Assembly: GCA_036172245.1 (NCBI GenBank)
Contig: JAYWIR010000038.1
Coordinates: forward strand, 868,001 to 932,000
DNA: 64,000 nt
Origin: Raillietiella orientalis
Taxonomy: Eukaryota
Direction of reading: 5' to 3'
Below the pieces are notes generated by a model, which ran no database searches, had not been told where the DNA came from, and saw nothing but the letters and a program-made list of their open reading frames with translations. Positions 46,828 to 60,000 of the stretch are shown here, piece by piece. Every line of letters begins with the position of its first letter. The stretch's first letter is position 1. Position numbers and translations under genes: made by a program.

Positions 46828-49409
46828 GGGGATCAGGATAACAGGTGCCACTGTAGCCGTCATCGTCAAGGGTATTACTGGAGATGGAATTTTTCGTTTT
46901 CCTCTCTTTTTGGGGGGGGGGAAGGGGGGGGAGAAGGGGAGGGGAGCGTTCCTCTCCCGACCCCGGAGAATCGAGGAGAGTGCAACAAGAAGGAAGGAAA
47001 AAAAAAAAAAGTCAAACAAACGGAAAAGGACTTACCATGTTTTCCCGAAGGAACGGTCGATTCTTGCCGGCACCGGGGAAGAGGGTTCGTGATCGCAGCA
47101 GCACACACACACACACGGACGAGGCGAGCGAGCAAGGGACCCTTAAAGAGGGTATCCAGGCAACCAGTCTACTCGGTCCGATTTTTTTGGCTCAAGTAAT
47201 CAAGGCGAAAGGGAAAAAAAAAAAAAAAACAAACACACCTTTCCTGCGGCTGATGATGTTATCTCGGTGACGTCAGAGTGCACGCGGTCCTAGCAACCCC
47301 GAGTGCCCGACCGGCTTTCAGCTACGCGAGATTCCAACTAAGCGCGGTTTACGCAAAAGAGCTCCGGAAAAACCAGAGGGGTGAAAAAGGAAAAAAAAAA
47401 AAAAAAAAAGAAGTGGAGGTGCTAAAAAAACGGGGGACGCGCGCGCGGGAAGGAGGGACGGGCACCTTTTCCTCATGGGGATGAAAGAGGACGTCTCCCA
47501 CTCAACCTGCACGGGCGGGATAGGGTCGACGCGTGCGCACCGGGTCGAGACAATGGGAGACAAATGTTCCGAACAATATCAACAGGAAGATGGAGTGAAA
47601 GCCGGGAAGAGAACGGGAAAAAAACAAAAAAAAATGGGGAAAAAAAGGAAAGAGAGGAGGAGAGGGAGGAAGGGAGGGGAGGAGGCGGGGGGTGAGGAGG
47701 AGGGCGCGCGCGCTCGAACCTCCGGGAAAACCCCTCCTCCTCTTCCTCCGTTTGCCCGCTCGCTGGCGAGAAGGCCGGACAGTTGAGTGCGCGAGTGGTG
47801 AGGAAGGCGATCAAGGAGATCTTCGTGCATTGCAGATGCTGCACGCATCCACCTTGTCACCCCAAGGACTTGCGCAATCCTCTACCTCCCCTCTCCCTTC
47901 CCCCTCCCCCTTGCACTCAGGAGGCTCGGTCGCAGCGATGGTTATCGAATTACGCGCTCTCCTTGCGCAAGCGAACACCGCTTTGCCACTGAGACGCACG
48001 CACGCATGCGCGCCCCGGCGAACAGGCGGGCGGGGTGTTTTCGCGCCACTGCCGGCGGAGCACGCGGAAGGGGATTCTGGGTTCCCCTCTTCGGTTTCCG
48101 GCTCCGGCAGGGAGATCTCTGGACGTGGAGTCGGAACGTCTGAAGCGCATGATCAGGAAGTATCCTGACGACGCCTTTTTCTTTCTCCTCCGCTACAAGA
48201 GGTAGGAGAACTACTTCTCTCTCCCCTTCCGTTTCTTCCCCTCTCTTTTACCGGAGCCGAAGAAGCAGGACGGACGACAGATGAGGAGGAGACGTAGGAA
48301 CGGGAGGCAAGGAAGACTATCCAACTGCTGTCTTCGCAGCCTGACCTCTCGATGAACTCCCCTTCTCTCCCTCCGTCCCCACGCTCGTAGCCCTGTACGC
48401 GTCGTCGTCCAGCAGCAGCAGCAGCGCCGGTCAGCAGAGGCGGCGGCGAGCTGACTCGCGAGAGCGCGTGCGCGCGGCGACGCCTTCCCCCTCTGCCTCC
48501 CGCAAGGGGGAAGACGCCCGCTCGCCTTCCCCTCTGCCTCGGAATGGCCTCGGGCGTAGGGCGCACAGGGCGTAGACCTCGACAACAAACAAAAATAGAA
48601 GGAAGAAAAAGAGAGAAAGAATCGCGGAGTCGCTCAGCGCAAGGAAAGGGAAAGACGGCGACAGAGGGCGCATGCTCGCTCGGTCGGTCGGTCGCTCGCG
48701 CTCGCAGGGCGCGTTGGGCTTTCGGGGACGCCGATCACTGACCTGCAAGTAGGAGACCCACGTTCCGGGTAGAGGTGCGCGCACCCGGCGCCTACTTTCT
48801 CAGGACGCGTGCGCGCGCACGACTCCGAGGGACGCGGTTCCTCCCGCGCGCTCACGGGCACAGCTGCTACTGCGCCCGTGAGCGTCACGTCTCCTCCTTT
48901 CTGCTTTCCTTTCCCGAAGGCTCGTTCCCTTCTCCTCCTCCTCCTCCTCCTCCTCCTCGATCCCATCCCACCCCCTCCACCCGCATCCCGTCTCGGAGCC
49001 GGTCAGCAGCGGCGGTGACAGGCGACCGGGAGCGAGTGCTCTCGGAAGCGGCAGTCCCATCGCATCCGCGATGCGCGCGCTCCGGAGGCGGCGGGGAGAG
49101 AGGGGGAAAGACGGTGCTGCTGCCTGCGGGCTGGAAAGGGAACCTCGCGCTCCTCGCACGAGACTACCGGCGCGGAGGTGGAGAAGGAAGGCTCATCTCC
49201 TCTTCCTTATTTTCCTCTTCCCGGCTGCTGCGGAGGGGACCGAGCGAGGCCGAGGGAAAGGCGAGAGGGAGAAAGGAGGTCGCGAGCGAGCACGTTCTTC
49301 GCGACAATTCGTAAATTTCCGGGACGGCGGCGGCATCCCGGAGTCCCGCGGGAGGGTGGGGGACTACTGCTGCTGGGATCGCCTGCCTCCACGGGAAAAA
49401 CAAATAAAC

Positions 49410-49448
<39 letters not shown>

Positions 49449-52400
49449 GCCCCTGCCCGCGAGTGGGCGGCAGCGGCGGAGGCGGAGAGAAACCCTCCGC
49501 GGAACTGCCGTGCGGGTGGACGCCGGCCGCCGGCCGTACGCTCTGAGACGTCCTTCAGCCAGAACGGAAGGACGTCTCGCGGCGACGAAAGAGCGCGATC
49601 GCGGCGGGCTTCACCCTCCTCCCCCTCGCTCCTCCTCCTCCTCCTCGCGCGCTCTGTCCCGCATGCGAGGTGGGTGGAAGAGGAGGAGGCGAGGGGCGGA
49701 CCAGCGGTTTGACGGCAAGGACGGGAAGGAGCACAGAGGGTGTCTGCGTGCATACGCGCGCGCGTGCGTGTGCGTGCGACGACCTCTAGGCGTTGGTGGT
49801 TCGGGTGCATTTCGCCTTGGCCGGAGGCAGCGAACGCGTATGCGCTGCCCGGCGGCAGGCCTCTCGGATTCTCCGCGCCTCCTCTCCCGTCGCCATGGGA
49901 ATATCCACTGTCCCAGGTTGGCGCCATACGCTTGACCCGAAGCAGCCCCATCGAGAGCGTTGGAAGAACGGGAAGCTACAGCTCCCGGAAGCCGAGTTTC
50001 CCTTGTTCGCGACCCCTGTGGGAAGGCTGCAGTGGACCGTCCATCCGTCCGTCTAACCGTGGTTTGGAGTCATCTGAGAAACGAGAGAAGGACTCGTCGC
50101 CCCTCGCCTACCCCCCGACCCCGCTCCTCGATTCACCTTCGAAGCCTTTCTGGAAATCGTCGTGGCAGCGGCAGCGTTCCCGGAAGCGCGCGGGGACTCC
50201 CCGATGTGCGGCGGATGGACGACGGACGCGGGTCGGCGGCAGCTCGGAGGGGGAGGAGGGGCAAAGAGGAAGAAGGGCTGGATGCCGCGCGCTCCGGGGA
50301 GCAACCGATCCGCGAAGTCGGAACGCTGGAAGCCGCGACGACGGTGCGTTCCGGCCAAAGAGGCCAGCCAGCCCTCTTGGGGAAGGAGGGTCGAGGGCTG
50401 GTTCCTTGCCTGGCAGTTAGAAGAACCACCGGTTCTCGTGGATTGCGTCGGCGCCGGAGTAGGCCACTCGCCGGCACCGTGTCGTGTCCCCACGCGTCTC
50501 CCCGCTGCCTTCGCGCACGCGCGGGACGAGCTGCCTCGCTGTTGCCCGATCGAACTCGGGAGCGAGCGAAGAAAGCGCGCCTGCCCGTCAGACACAGTCC
50601 GCCCGAGTCCCCTTCGTCCGGCTCGAGGGGAAGGACGCTTCATGGCCCAGGTGTTCGCCGCGAGGGACGAACGGTTCTTGAAGATGGAAAGCAACCCGAG
50701 GGCGTCTCTCCCGTGACCTCTCGGACGAAGCGAACGCCTCCGCCTCTTCCCAGCCCCGTCCGGAAGTACCCCACTGCTCGCGTCTTGAGCATTTTCCCCG
50801 AGACGGCAGCTGCCCGGAGCTGTTGGCTGCACCACAAGTCTTCGAGCAATCCCCTTGGCAGAGCGGAGCTCCCTGTTCTTTCGGCCCTCTTGAGACCCTC
50901 CCCACTTTCTCCTAAAGAAAGGTGCAGATCCACGAGGGATGCGTACGCAGTGCGCCTTCCAGCCAGCGACCGGCCGCGACGTCACCTAGCAGCCTCCGCA
51001 CCGGGGCCGTCGGTGATCGGAGCGGCACGTGAGGAAGGGTCGCGGCCCTGTCTTTTCCCTCCCCGTAGGCCGATCGGTCGCACGAGGAGGAAGAGGAGCG
51101 ATGCTCCTGTAAGAGGCGGAAGAGCGGCGCGAAAGTTCCTGCAGAGGGTTCGTCTCCTCAGGAGATGGGAGACCTAGGGAGCAGGTAGCACCCGTGTTCC
51201 TGCCTGCCCCTCCCCCGGTGAGGAAAGGCGGAAGAGACTGGGCTCGAAACCTGGGCCTGCGGTGAGGGTGGTAATCGTGTGGCGGCAGCAGTTGTGACCG
51301 CATCCGGGGCGGGGGCTGGCGCTTTCGGCAAGCGGAAGTGGCAGCTCGGAGCGCCTTTCGCCCGGCGCTCCCTCCCCGGGTCCCCACGGCGGCGGCTCGC
51401 GCTGCCTTTCCGATGTTCCCGCTGGAAGAACGCGCGTGCGGCACGAAGAGGGCACTGCTGGGGAGCGCCTCTCTTCCCTGCGGTCCTGCAGTGGCAGCAG
51501 GAGGACCGGACGGGAGAGATTCTCCCGTTCCCGGAAGCTTTCCGCGAAGAAGCGGGGCGAACTCCCGCGAACTCTTCCCGACCGAGGTCCCTTTCGCGTC
51601 CCCGAGGGTCGCGTCCTACGGAAGGAGAATTTTCAACGTGGCGGTGGGAACAGCGAGAATGGGAGGGACGGTTTGGCCAGCTTCGCCCCGCCCACGAGCG
51701 CAGACTCTCCTCCTCTCTCCCCGCTCGGATCGGAACACGGACCGAGCCGGTAAGGGGTAAGGAGGAGGGAGGCACGGAATGCTCGGACCCCCTTCCCTTG
51801 CTCCCTTCCCCACAACTCACTCGCACACTCACTACCTTTGCTGGAAGCATGCGACGGCTTGGCGGATCTAGAGGAGCGCAGTCCTGGAGCAGGTTCCAAG
51901 AAAGACGAGATGGAGCATTCCAGGATCCGGCAGATAAGAGCCCGCTCAATACCGTGCGTGTCGTCGTCTCCGGGGCGACGGTGCACCAACCGCTTGCAGA
52001 ACCTCTCGAGTGCCGCGGTGCCCCAAGAGTCCGCCGCACCACCGCGGCACGATACGTGTGAGAGCGAGCAAACAGCACTAGGAACAGAAGCTCCCCATTA
52101 AAAGTGGCACAGATTCGTGGGTCGGATGCGAGCAGAAACGATTAGATTAAAGTGTTCAGGTGGCGCGGCGACTGCGTTCTAATCAAGGCGGCGCGGGCAG
52201 CGCCTCCTCCTCCTATCTCTCACCCATTGGAGCGACGATTAGCATGGGGCAAGTGTTCCTGTCACATGGCATGCGCTGCGTTCACTTTTTGCCAGAAAAG
52301 AATGTTTTCGCCCATCTTCCCCTCCCTCCCCCTCTGCTTCCCCCTGTCCCGGTTGCTTCATTCCTCCTGCGCTCCGGCTCGCTCCGGGATGAGAAGTTCG

Positions 52401-52835
52401 GAAATGCGGAGAAGCGCGCGCGAACACCTGAGTTCCCCTCCTCAAGGAGAAACCGGCGTTGCCCGCAACACGAAGCAGCAGCAGCAGCAGATGAGGAATC
52501 GCGATCTCACGGGGATGAGGACACGCGAGCACCGCGACTCGAAAACGCATCCGAGTGGCTCCTCCTCGCAGTTTCCGGTCGAGTTTAAAACATCCGCAAC
52601 AGGCGAAAATCCGGGGATGACCCCTCCCCTCCTCCCCTTAAGAGAAAAAAAAAAAAAAAAAAAAAAGGAGAAAGAGAGAGAGGAGAACAAGCAGGAAAAG
52701 GAAAGAAGGAAGGAAAAAAAAAAAAAACAGGAGGAGGGAGGAGAAAGAGGAAAAGAGAATGGGGAGGAGGGGGGAAGAAGGGAATCTTCCGCGCGGGCGA
52801 TATGCTCCAACAGATAGAAGGAAGCTGCTCCGATA

Positions 52836-53023
52836 ATTGGGAAGCCGAGCGAGCCTATTTCCTTCATTCCTTTTCTTGCATTCCCCCTTTTCCCGTAGCT
52901 TCCCAGCGAATGTTGCCCGCTCGCCTACAACACTCAATTACTCTGATTGGTAAGCGACAGGCAATCCAATAGACTAAGATCCGAAGCGATTCTATTCCTT
53001 TCGCACTACGGCGGCCAATCAGC
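52836..53023. promoter_or_regulatory. CCAAT-box (NF-Y-type) cluster, candidate promoter
   Basis: ATTGG 52836, CTGATTGG 52943, CCAAT 52966, GGCCAATCAGC 53013. Confidence 0.35.
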
Positions 53024-55437
53024 GATCGGATCAAGAAACCGCGCTTGATTGCTCATTCCACCTACCGAGCGCGCAGCCTTCCTACTTGATTTTCGGCAGC
53101 CGGATGACGAATGCATGCAGCGGATGCTGCCGCGGCTTCTCCGTCGCACGCGGGAGCTCGAAACGCGCGCGCCTCAGAAAAAAAGGCGAAGAGGAGGAGA
53201 GGGGGTGGAAAAGGAACGAGGTCCGGGGGTGGGGGTCCGCGGGGCGACTGCTGGCTGCGCTCTCGCGTGCGGCAAGCGTTCCGCATCCTGTTCGGTGCGG
53301 ATGCAAGAAAGTGATGATGAGCCGAGCAGCCAGAGCGTCGCTCGCAGGAAAGCGGGGATTGCAGTGCCGCCGCCGCAGCTGTCACCAAAACGCGCCGTGT
53401 ACTCAACTGGAACCATTAAAAAAGGAAAAAAAAAGTGCACACACACGAGGCCGTAACAAAATTACATTTCGCAGAAATCCATCACAACACATTAAACTTG
53501 TGTTCAAGGAACAGATGGATGAGAAATGAAGTTCATCCTCGAATTCAAGTAAGGACGGGATGGAGGAGGGGGGAGGGGGGCATGATGGCAGCCTTGCAAA
53601 ATTTCAGCTCCACAAGAACAAATCCCTGCAACGGTTCTGAATGTCCAATCCTCTCCTGGGAGAACCTGTGTTCATTTGGAAACACCCGGGTTCATTTTTG
53701 CATTTCGGGAGTTGGGGATGCGCAGCGGGATAAGCTTTCAGCTTCCCCAACGAATTGAGAGGCTTTCATCTTTTTATTTTCGCCCCGTGCTCCCGACTTC
53801 GATCCTCTCGAAGACACGTTCAGTTGCGATAAGAGTCGGTCGGTTCGATCTTGCGAGGAGCGAACGCATCCTTTTTTCCCCAGCATCCTCTCTGGCGGTG
53901 GAGTTTCCCCACCCTTCTGGCGTTCCTCGCACGGCTCAGCTTCACAAGAAACAAGTTTTCTTCCTGACCATCTCCAAGACACCTGCCGCCATTTCGAAAA
54001 ATGAAGGGGAACGAAAAATACGAAAACGCTCCCCTCTCCCCCCCCCCCCCCAGCCACGTGCGAAACTTCGCGTGGAAGAGAGGGGGAGGGGGAAAAAAAA
54101 AACAAGGAAAACCGGATGCTGGAAGTGCATTTGGTTTGGTGCCTTCGTGGCGGCAGCTTCCTCCAGCGCAAACGCTTGGAGGCAAAAAGAACGACATGGA
54201 TCTCGCTTGGGGCCAATGTAGCTGGACTGGCTGCTGCGTCCTCTCCTCCCGGACCGCACGAAGATCCGCTGGCTCATTCCAGCTGGCCTCTTCCACAGCC
54301 CGTTACCACATCTCCGGGGCCCTGAGATCTGGGGGCTCTGTCCCGGGCTGCATCCTCCGAACGAAGCAGCGCCTCCTCGCAAACGGCAGCCAGGAGGGAC
54401 GCACCAGGTAATCCGCAGCCGAGCATCCCCGACCGCTCTTTGGAACGCGGAAGCAATGCAGAGGCGAACCCTGACGCGGGAGAGATGCTCCAGCTCTTGC
54501 CTCTCCTTTGTGATCTTGTTGGAAACACTCTCGTTTCCCGGATTCGGCGGCTTCGATGTCCGACGTCTGACGACCATCTCGGAGACTGGCGTTCGCCATC
54601 CCCGGACTGCGAACCACCTCGGGAACCGCCGGCGTCTCGAAGGAGGCTCCCCCCCCCCCCTGCAGTCGCCTCGAGAAACGCGGCGGCAGCTTCTTTCTTT
54701 TCCCTAGCTGCATCAACGACGTAAGCCAATTACGAATCCACACGATCTGCAGAGAAAGCTCTCCACGAGGGTGCCCCCATCTAAAAATTCAATCATGGAT
54801 GGGGAGGAAGAGGACTGAGAGATGTTCTGCGGCGCAGACCGCCACAGCATCCTTCTCCCTCGCCAGAATGGCGGTGTCGTGGTAAGGGGGGACAAGTCTG
54901 GGACAAGTTTTCGGACAAGCGGTGCGTGAGCGCGTGCGCGTGCGAACACCCCTCCCCCTCCTTCCAAGTACTCCCGCGCACTGCCGGATGACGAGCGCGA
55001 CGAGGGACCGAAGCATTAGAAGCAGAGCGAACTTTCTCGGCGCATGATCAAGATGACAGTGTTTCCCCATATGATGACTAATCGCAGCTTTCAGGTCAGG
55101 AATCGGAAAGGAATCGTTTGCTGCTGGCTTTTGCCGTGCCAGGTCCCAGTCTCCGACGCACGCAGTCTGGATGACTCAACCTGACGATCCTTCTTGGTTC
55201 CTCTTTTGCGTTCTGGGAAAGTAAACCGTCCCTCCAAGTCTGTCGGAAGAGTGCAGCGACGGTGCTGCGAGCTTCTCGGCGGAACTCAAAACTCCGACTT
55301 GGACCGCGTTTCTTTTTGCACCCCGAAACGAACGCAGCAGCCCCGTGGCCCGCTTGCTGAGCCGGATGCTGAGGGGTTCCGAGCCTTTCTTCCCGCCAAC
55401 ACGGAAGGCTTCGATCCGCAAGGGAAGATCGGCAGTT

Positions 55438-55469
<32 letters not shown>

Positions 55470-56870
55470 GGGGGGGAGGGGACGGGAGGGGAGGGGGGGG
55501 GGTATGAATCCTGATGGACTCGTATCGGCAAAAAATCAGTTCAGAGCCGAGGATCCTTTCGTCTGCAGAAAGCTCGGATGACTCCGCTCGGTACTTTTGC
55601 TCACGGCGTGAAAACAAGGTGAGTCACTAGAAGGCTGCCTGAACACCAGCGCGGAGGGTTATCGCTGCGAGGTTATATAAGCAGGCGGAATTCACTCGGC
55701 GAATCACGCAGCTCTCTGCTGGGGGACGAATGGATTCACCCCGACGCATTGCCGTTCCTGCGGGGAACTCCTGTCCCAGGTCTCAAAAGAGAACCGTTTC
55801 TTCTTCTTCCAGGGATCCAGCAGCCCTGTATGAAATCAAGAGGACGATGCGTACAACGAATCCATAACGATACAGTTGCTTACACAGTACCACTTGATGC
55901 ATCTGCCGAGAACGACTCACTCAAAAAAGCACGCTTTCCGACTCGGGGAAAAAAAAAAATAAGTTTCCTTTTTTTTTTTTTTTTTCTTTTCTTTCCCCCT
56001 TGTTCCAGAACGACTCGGAAACACCCGATGATACAACACACACATCACGAGGAGGACCCAGGCAGAGCCGTGCCATCGAGGAAACAAGTTTCGAAGAGAA
56101 TGGTGGCAAAAAGAAACGTAGGGAAATCTTCTCTGAACGGGAAGAAAACACAGAGCCCCTCCCTGTTGATGAAATATTTGGAACATTACAAATCAATGAA
56201 ATTACCAGAGCCAAAGAGCAAAAAAATAAAAAAAAATAAAAAAATAAGACGAAAGAATCCTTGCGTTGTTTCGGGAGGGATTGATCGTTTCATGAATCGG
56301 AAACCTTCTTCCTAGACGATTGCGACTCTGTTCCTCCAGGAACGAGACGAATTAGTCTGGTCTATAAAATGAAAAGTAAAGCAGACGACGGCTGATTTTC
56401 AGATGGAGAGAGAAAAAATGATTTGCAACGATGATTTTTTCCTTTCCTGTTCCTCTACGAGCCAACGAGTCATTCCACCAACTCGGAGCTCGCTCCGCCA
56501 TTGCGTTCGATTGCACAGATGTCAATACACGGGCCCTGGTGCTCTCTAATTCCAGTTTATTATGATGGGAGGTATCAGTAAGTATCGCCCGGGGCCGAAA
56601 CGGACAGAAAGGGTTGCAAGAGATGACATTAGCTTCTTGCAGAACATTAGCTGAACGTCGTCGCTGGATTCTGGACGCACGAAAATTTACGGCCCCCGAC
56701 CCACAGTGGCACGGCTCGCTTGAATGGCTGCAATGAAAGGATGCGCAGCTCAAGAAATCTACGGTCAGTCCTTTCGCAGGGAAGGGGTGTGAATTATTGC
56801 ATGCCATTGGCATTGCCAACCCTCTCACCCTTTGATTCTCACAGGGGGGGGGGGGAAAAAAAAAAAAAAA

Positions 56871-57015
56871 ATACACACACATACAGACACGCACGCACGC
56901 TTGCACGCATGCACATGCACGCATGCTTGCACGCACGCGCACGCACTCACGCATGCACGCACGACAACAAGAACAACAATAAGAACAACAACAACAATAA
57001 GAACAACAACAAGAA
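56871..57015. repeat. Degenerate (GCAC/GCAT)n tract followed by imperfect (AAC)n
   Basis: Read directly from sequence. Confidence 0.85.
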
Positions 57016-60000
57016 AGGTTACCTTTCAAGGCCGCGGAAACTACAGCTGATGGTCAGCTAAACAGTTTTTCTCCGCGGTTCTCGAACCCAGACTCAAAGT
57101 GACGCCGAGATGTAGGGAAGCGCTCGCAAGGGAATTTTCCTTCTCTCCAGGATAACAAGCGAATTCATGAAGGAATCGACCAAGGGAGAGCTTTCACGCG
57201 TTGCATCCTTCTGGCAATCTTTAGAGAGAGGGGGTTCTGGTACTTTGGAACCTCCGCCGCGAAGTCGAAAGGGTTCGCATTCTGACCCTCATATTCGTCC
57301 GGCCTGCAACCTGCTCCCCAGATGGATTTCTGAACACGTCACGGGAGGAGCAAAAAAGCCGCTTTCCTGTGCATGAAGCAAAGATCTGCGCAGTCCTATT
57401 ACGACGTATTTTTGTCTACCGACGTTGCGCGATGGAACAAGACAGGCTGACCGCCCCTAGGGAGCCTCGCTTCTGGAAAGCGAGGTGCACATGTGGGGGC
57501 GTGTGACACGGGAATCGAAGCAGCCGCCACGGTCTTTCGATTCCGATCCTCGACATGAGGAGACGCAGAGTGCGACAGCTTCAAAGGAAGTTGGGTGCCT
57601 TCCGTCTGGAAGCTTCACGTTCCTCCCGTTAACCGACTTTACCTGTGCTGCGGTTCAAGAAACTACCACCAATCTCGAGACAAACCAAAGATGAAAACAA
57701 ACAAAAAACAAAAAAGGTGCAAATCCTCAAAAGCATCGAGAGGGGAGAAGGAAAAACTGAACCTGAATTTGGAGCGGAAAGAGCAAATGTTCAGAAATAC
57801 GTGCGCGTCTTCAAACCATGTTTACCTTCCTGGAACATTTCCTGTTTACTTTCCGAGAGCTATTATGCTGTCAATAGAGAAGGTCACTGATCCTTCATCC
57901 TCAATCTGGAACTGATTTATCAACTGCATGATAATCAGTATCACCAGCAGCGAATTAATTGACTACGACGTCTGACTTTCCCTGACGCTGAGAAGAGAAG
58001 ATGAAAATGCACGCATAAGAAGAGAAGCGGCCATCAGATCTGCTCGGCTGACTGAAACTCCATAATTTAGCCCTGGTCGCAACGGTGAAGCCGCGACTCA
58101 TAACAAAGTTGGATGATGGTGACCGCAGGAAGTTTCTTCCTCTCCGACTTACGTAAGCGAGAACCTATCGAGGAGGCAAAGCCCGAGGCTGAAACGATTC
58201 CGACTCGAGCGACGCAGTTCGGCTGGCTCTCCCATCCAGTCATTCGGTGCATGGGTCGCCACCGCGCTCGCAAAAGATTCCAGAAACCCTCAAGGATGGC
58301 AGGAGGGAAGGGGGGAGGAGAAACCTTAGGATGCTGGATGAGTCGGCACGTACTCTCGCTCCGACTTCACTTTTCCTGCCGAGCTCTCAGGAGATGAAAC
58401 TTATCGGTAGGGCGTTCGGAAGAAACTCACGCGCGCAGCAGTACCTGAGCCTGAAAGGACGCTTCCAGACTAAGGGATTCTTTCCCTCCCTTGACTCTCC
58501 CGCTCCTTCCCTCATTACGGACTTTGTCAAACTGCCATCGTTTCTCGAAGTGCGTCTCGACGGCTTACTCGTGTTATTCTTTTCGCCAGAGTTTTACTTT
58601 CTTTCCCGCCTGTGAGGCTGTGTACCCTCGTGCTCGACGGGATTTGCATAATTGAATGAGAGCCAGTTTTTAGACAGGACAAGCATCCGCGGAGTGATGA
58701 TGCGAGTTGCATGCGTCCGTGATGAATGGGGGAGTATTTCTCAATTATCACCAAGTAAATCGTTTCTGAAAACATCCATTTTTTTGTGGCCTCCGGAGCA
58801 GGCATGCGTGCTTGTGGGGGGCTGCCTCTGGAACAGCAGAACGCTCGCTTCGTTCCTCTTATGGAAGATGAAGTCTCGGGATCGAGAGGAAAGCATCGAG
58901 AGTGGCTATCCTTTCACCCGTCCTCGTGACCGTCACGACGCGCGAGTACCACTACGCCTGCCACCACGTCTTTCGCATGCCTTCAGGAACCCTCAAAACG
59001 GCAGCGGAGAGCGAGCACTGAAATGTTTCGCGGACCAGCTCTGGGAAGGAGGAGGAGGAGGAATGAACAAATGGGGGATCGTGTCCTCCCTCTCGGGTTG
59101 TCCTACGAATTGTCCGATTTTCTCTGCTCTGAGGACAGACTCTACACGAGCGTCATCCGTCCAAGCAGAAGCAACGGCCATGGGAACAGGGTTCGCAGAA
59201 CTTAACGCAGTGCGCGCGCGTGGTCGGATTCCTCCTGTCCCTGGACGCTTGCTCGCTGCCCGTGTTTTTCCACGCTCTCCGGCTTACTGCTGCTGGTGGA
59301 AAGCGCAATCGCACCGTAAGGGTCATTTTCCCCAATCCCTGCTTGCAAAGGAAACCCAACACCCTTATTTGCGAGGTCCGTTTCCTACGAGCTGAGGAGG
59401 GATTCCTTTCCCAACCTCTTTCGCGCCAGAAATTGCATTGGAATACTCTTTTTTTTTTTTTTTTTTCCTTTTTGGTTTGTTTGTTTGCCTCAGGGAAACG
59501 AAAGAGTAAGATGGTCGGATCATTTGTATCTCAGCGTGGACGCTGCAAAAATGTGAAACAGACCGACCGGCGTTGGACTTTTTGTTTTCCACTTGCTGAT
59601 AAAAATCACGCGTGCAGCTTTCACGAAAACGAAAAGCACAGGCAACACTGTCGGCGATGAGAAAACTCACTCCCCTTCCCTCACAGGATCTCGGGGGATG
59701 AAACTTCCACCCTCAACGTGCGCCGTTTCCATCGCAACGAATCAGAATGTTGCCTGCCTACGATCAAGATTAGCGATCTCAGCATCCCCTGTGTGTGTCT
59801 GTCGACGCTTTGCGTTTCGAATCGCTGATCATCGTGTTTCAGGTCGGAGAAGTCGAGCGCTGCTTCTGTACAAAAGAGAGCACTTTGCGAGAACACCGAC
59901 GACGGTCGATCATGATGATGATGATGATGATGATGATGATCAGTTTAGGCCGGTTAGCATGATCCTTTGCCTTCCGGAAACATTTCTTAGCGCATACGTC

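Noticed and set aside
55620..55700. TGAGTCA plus TATATAAG as a core promoter
   Set aside because: Isolated short motifs without a well-spaced initiator or downstream gene.
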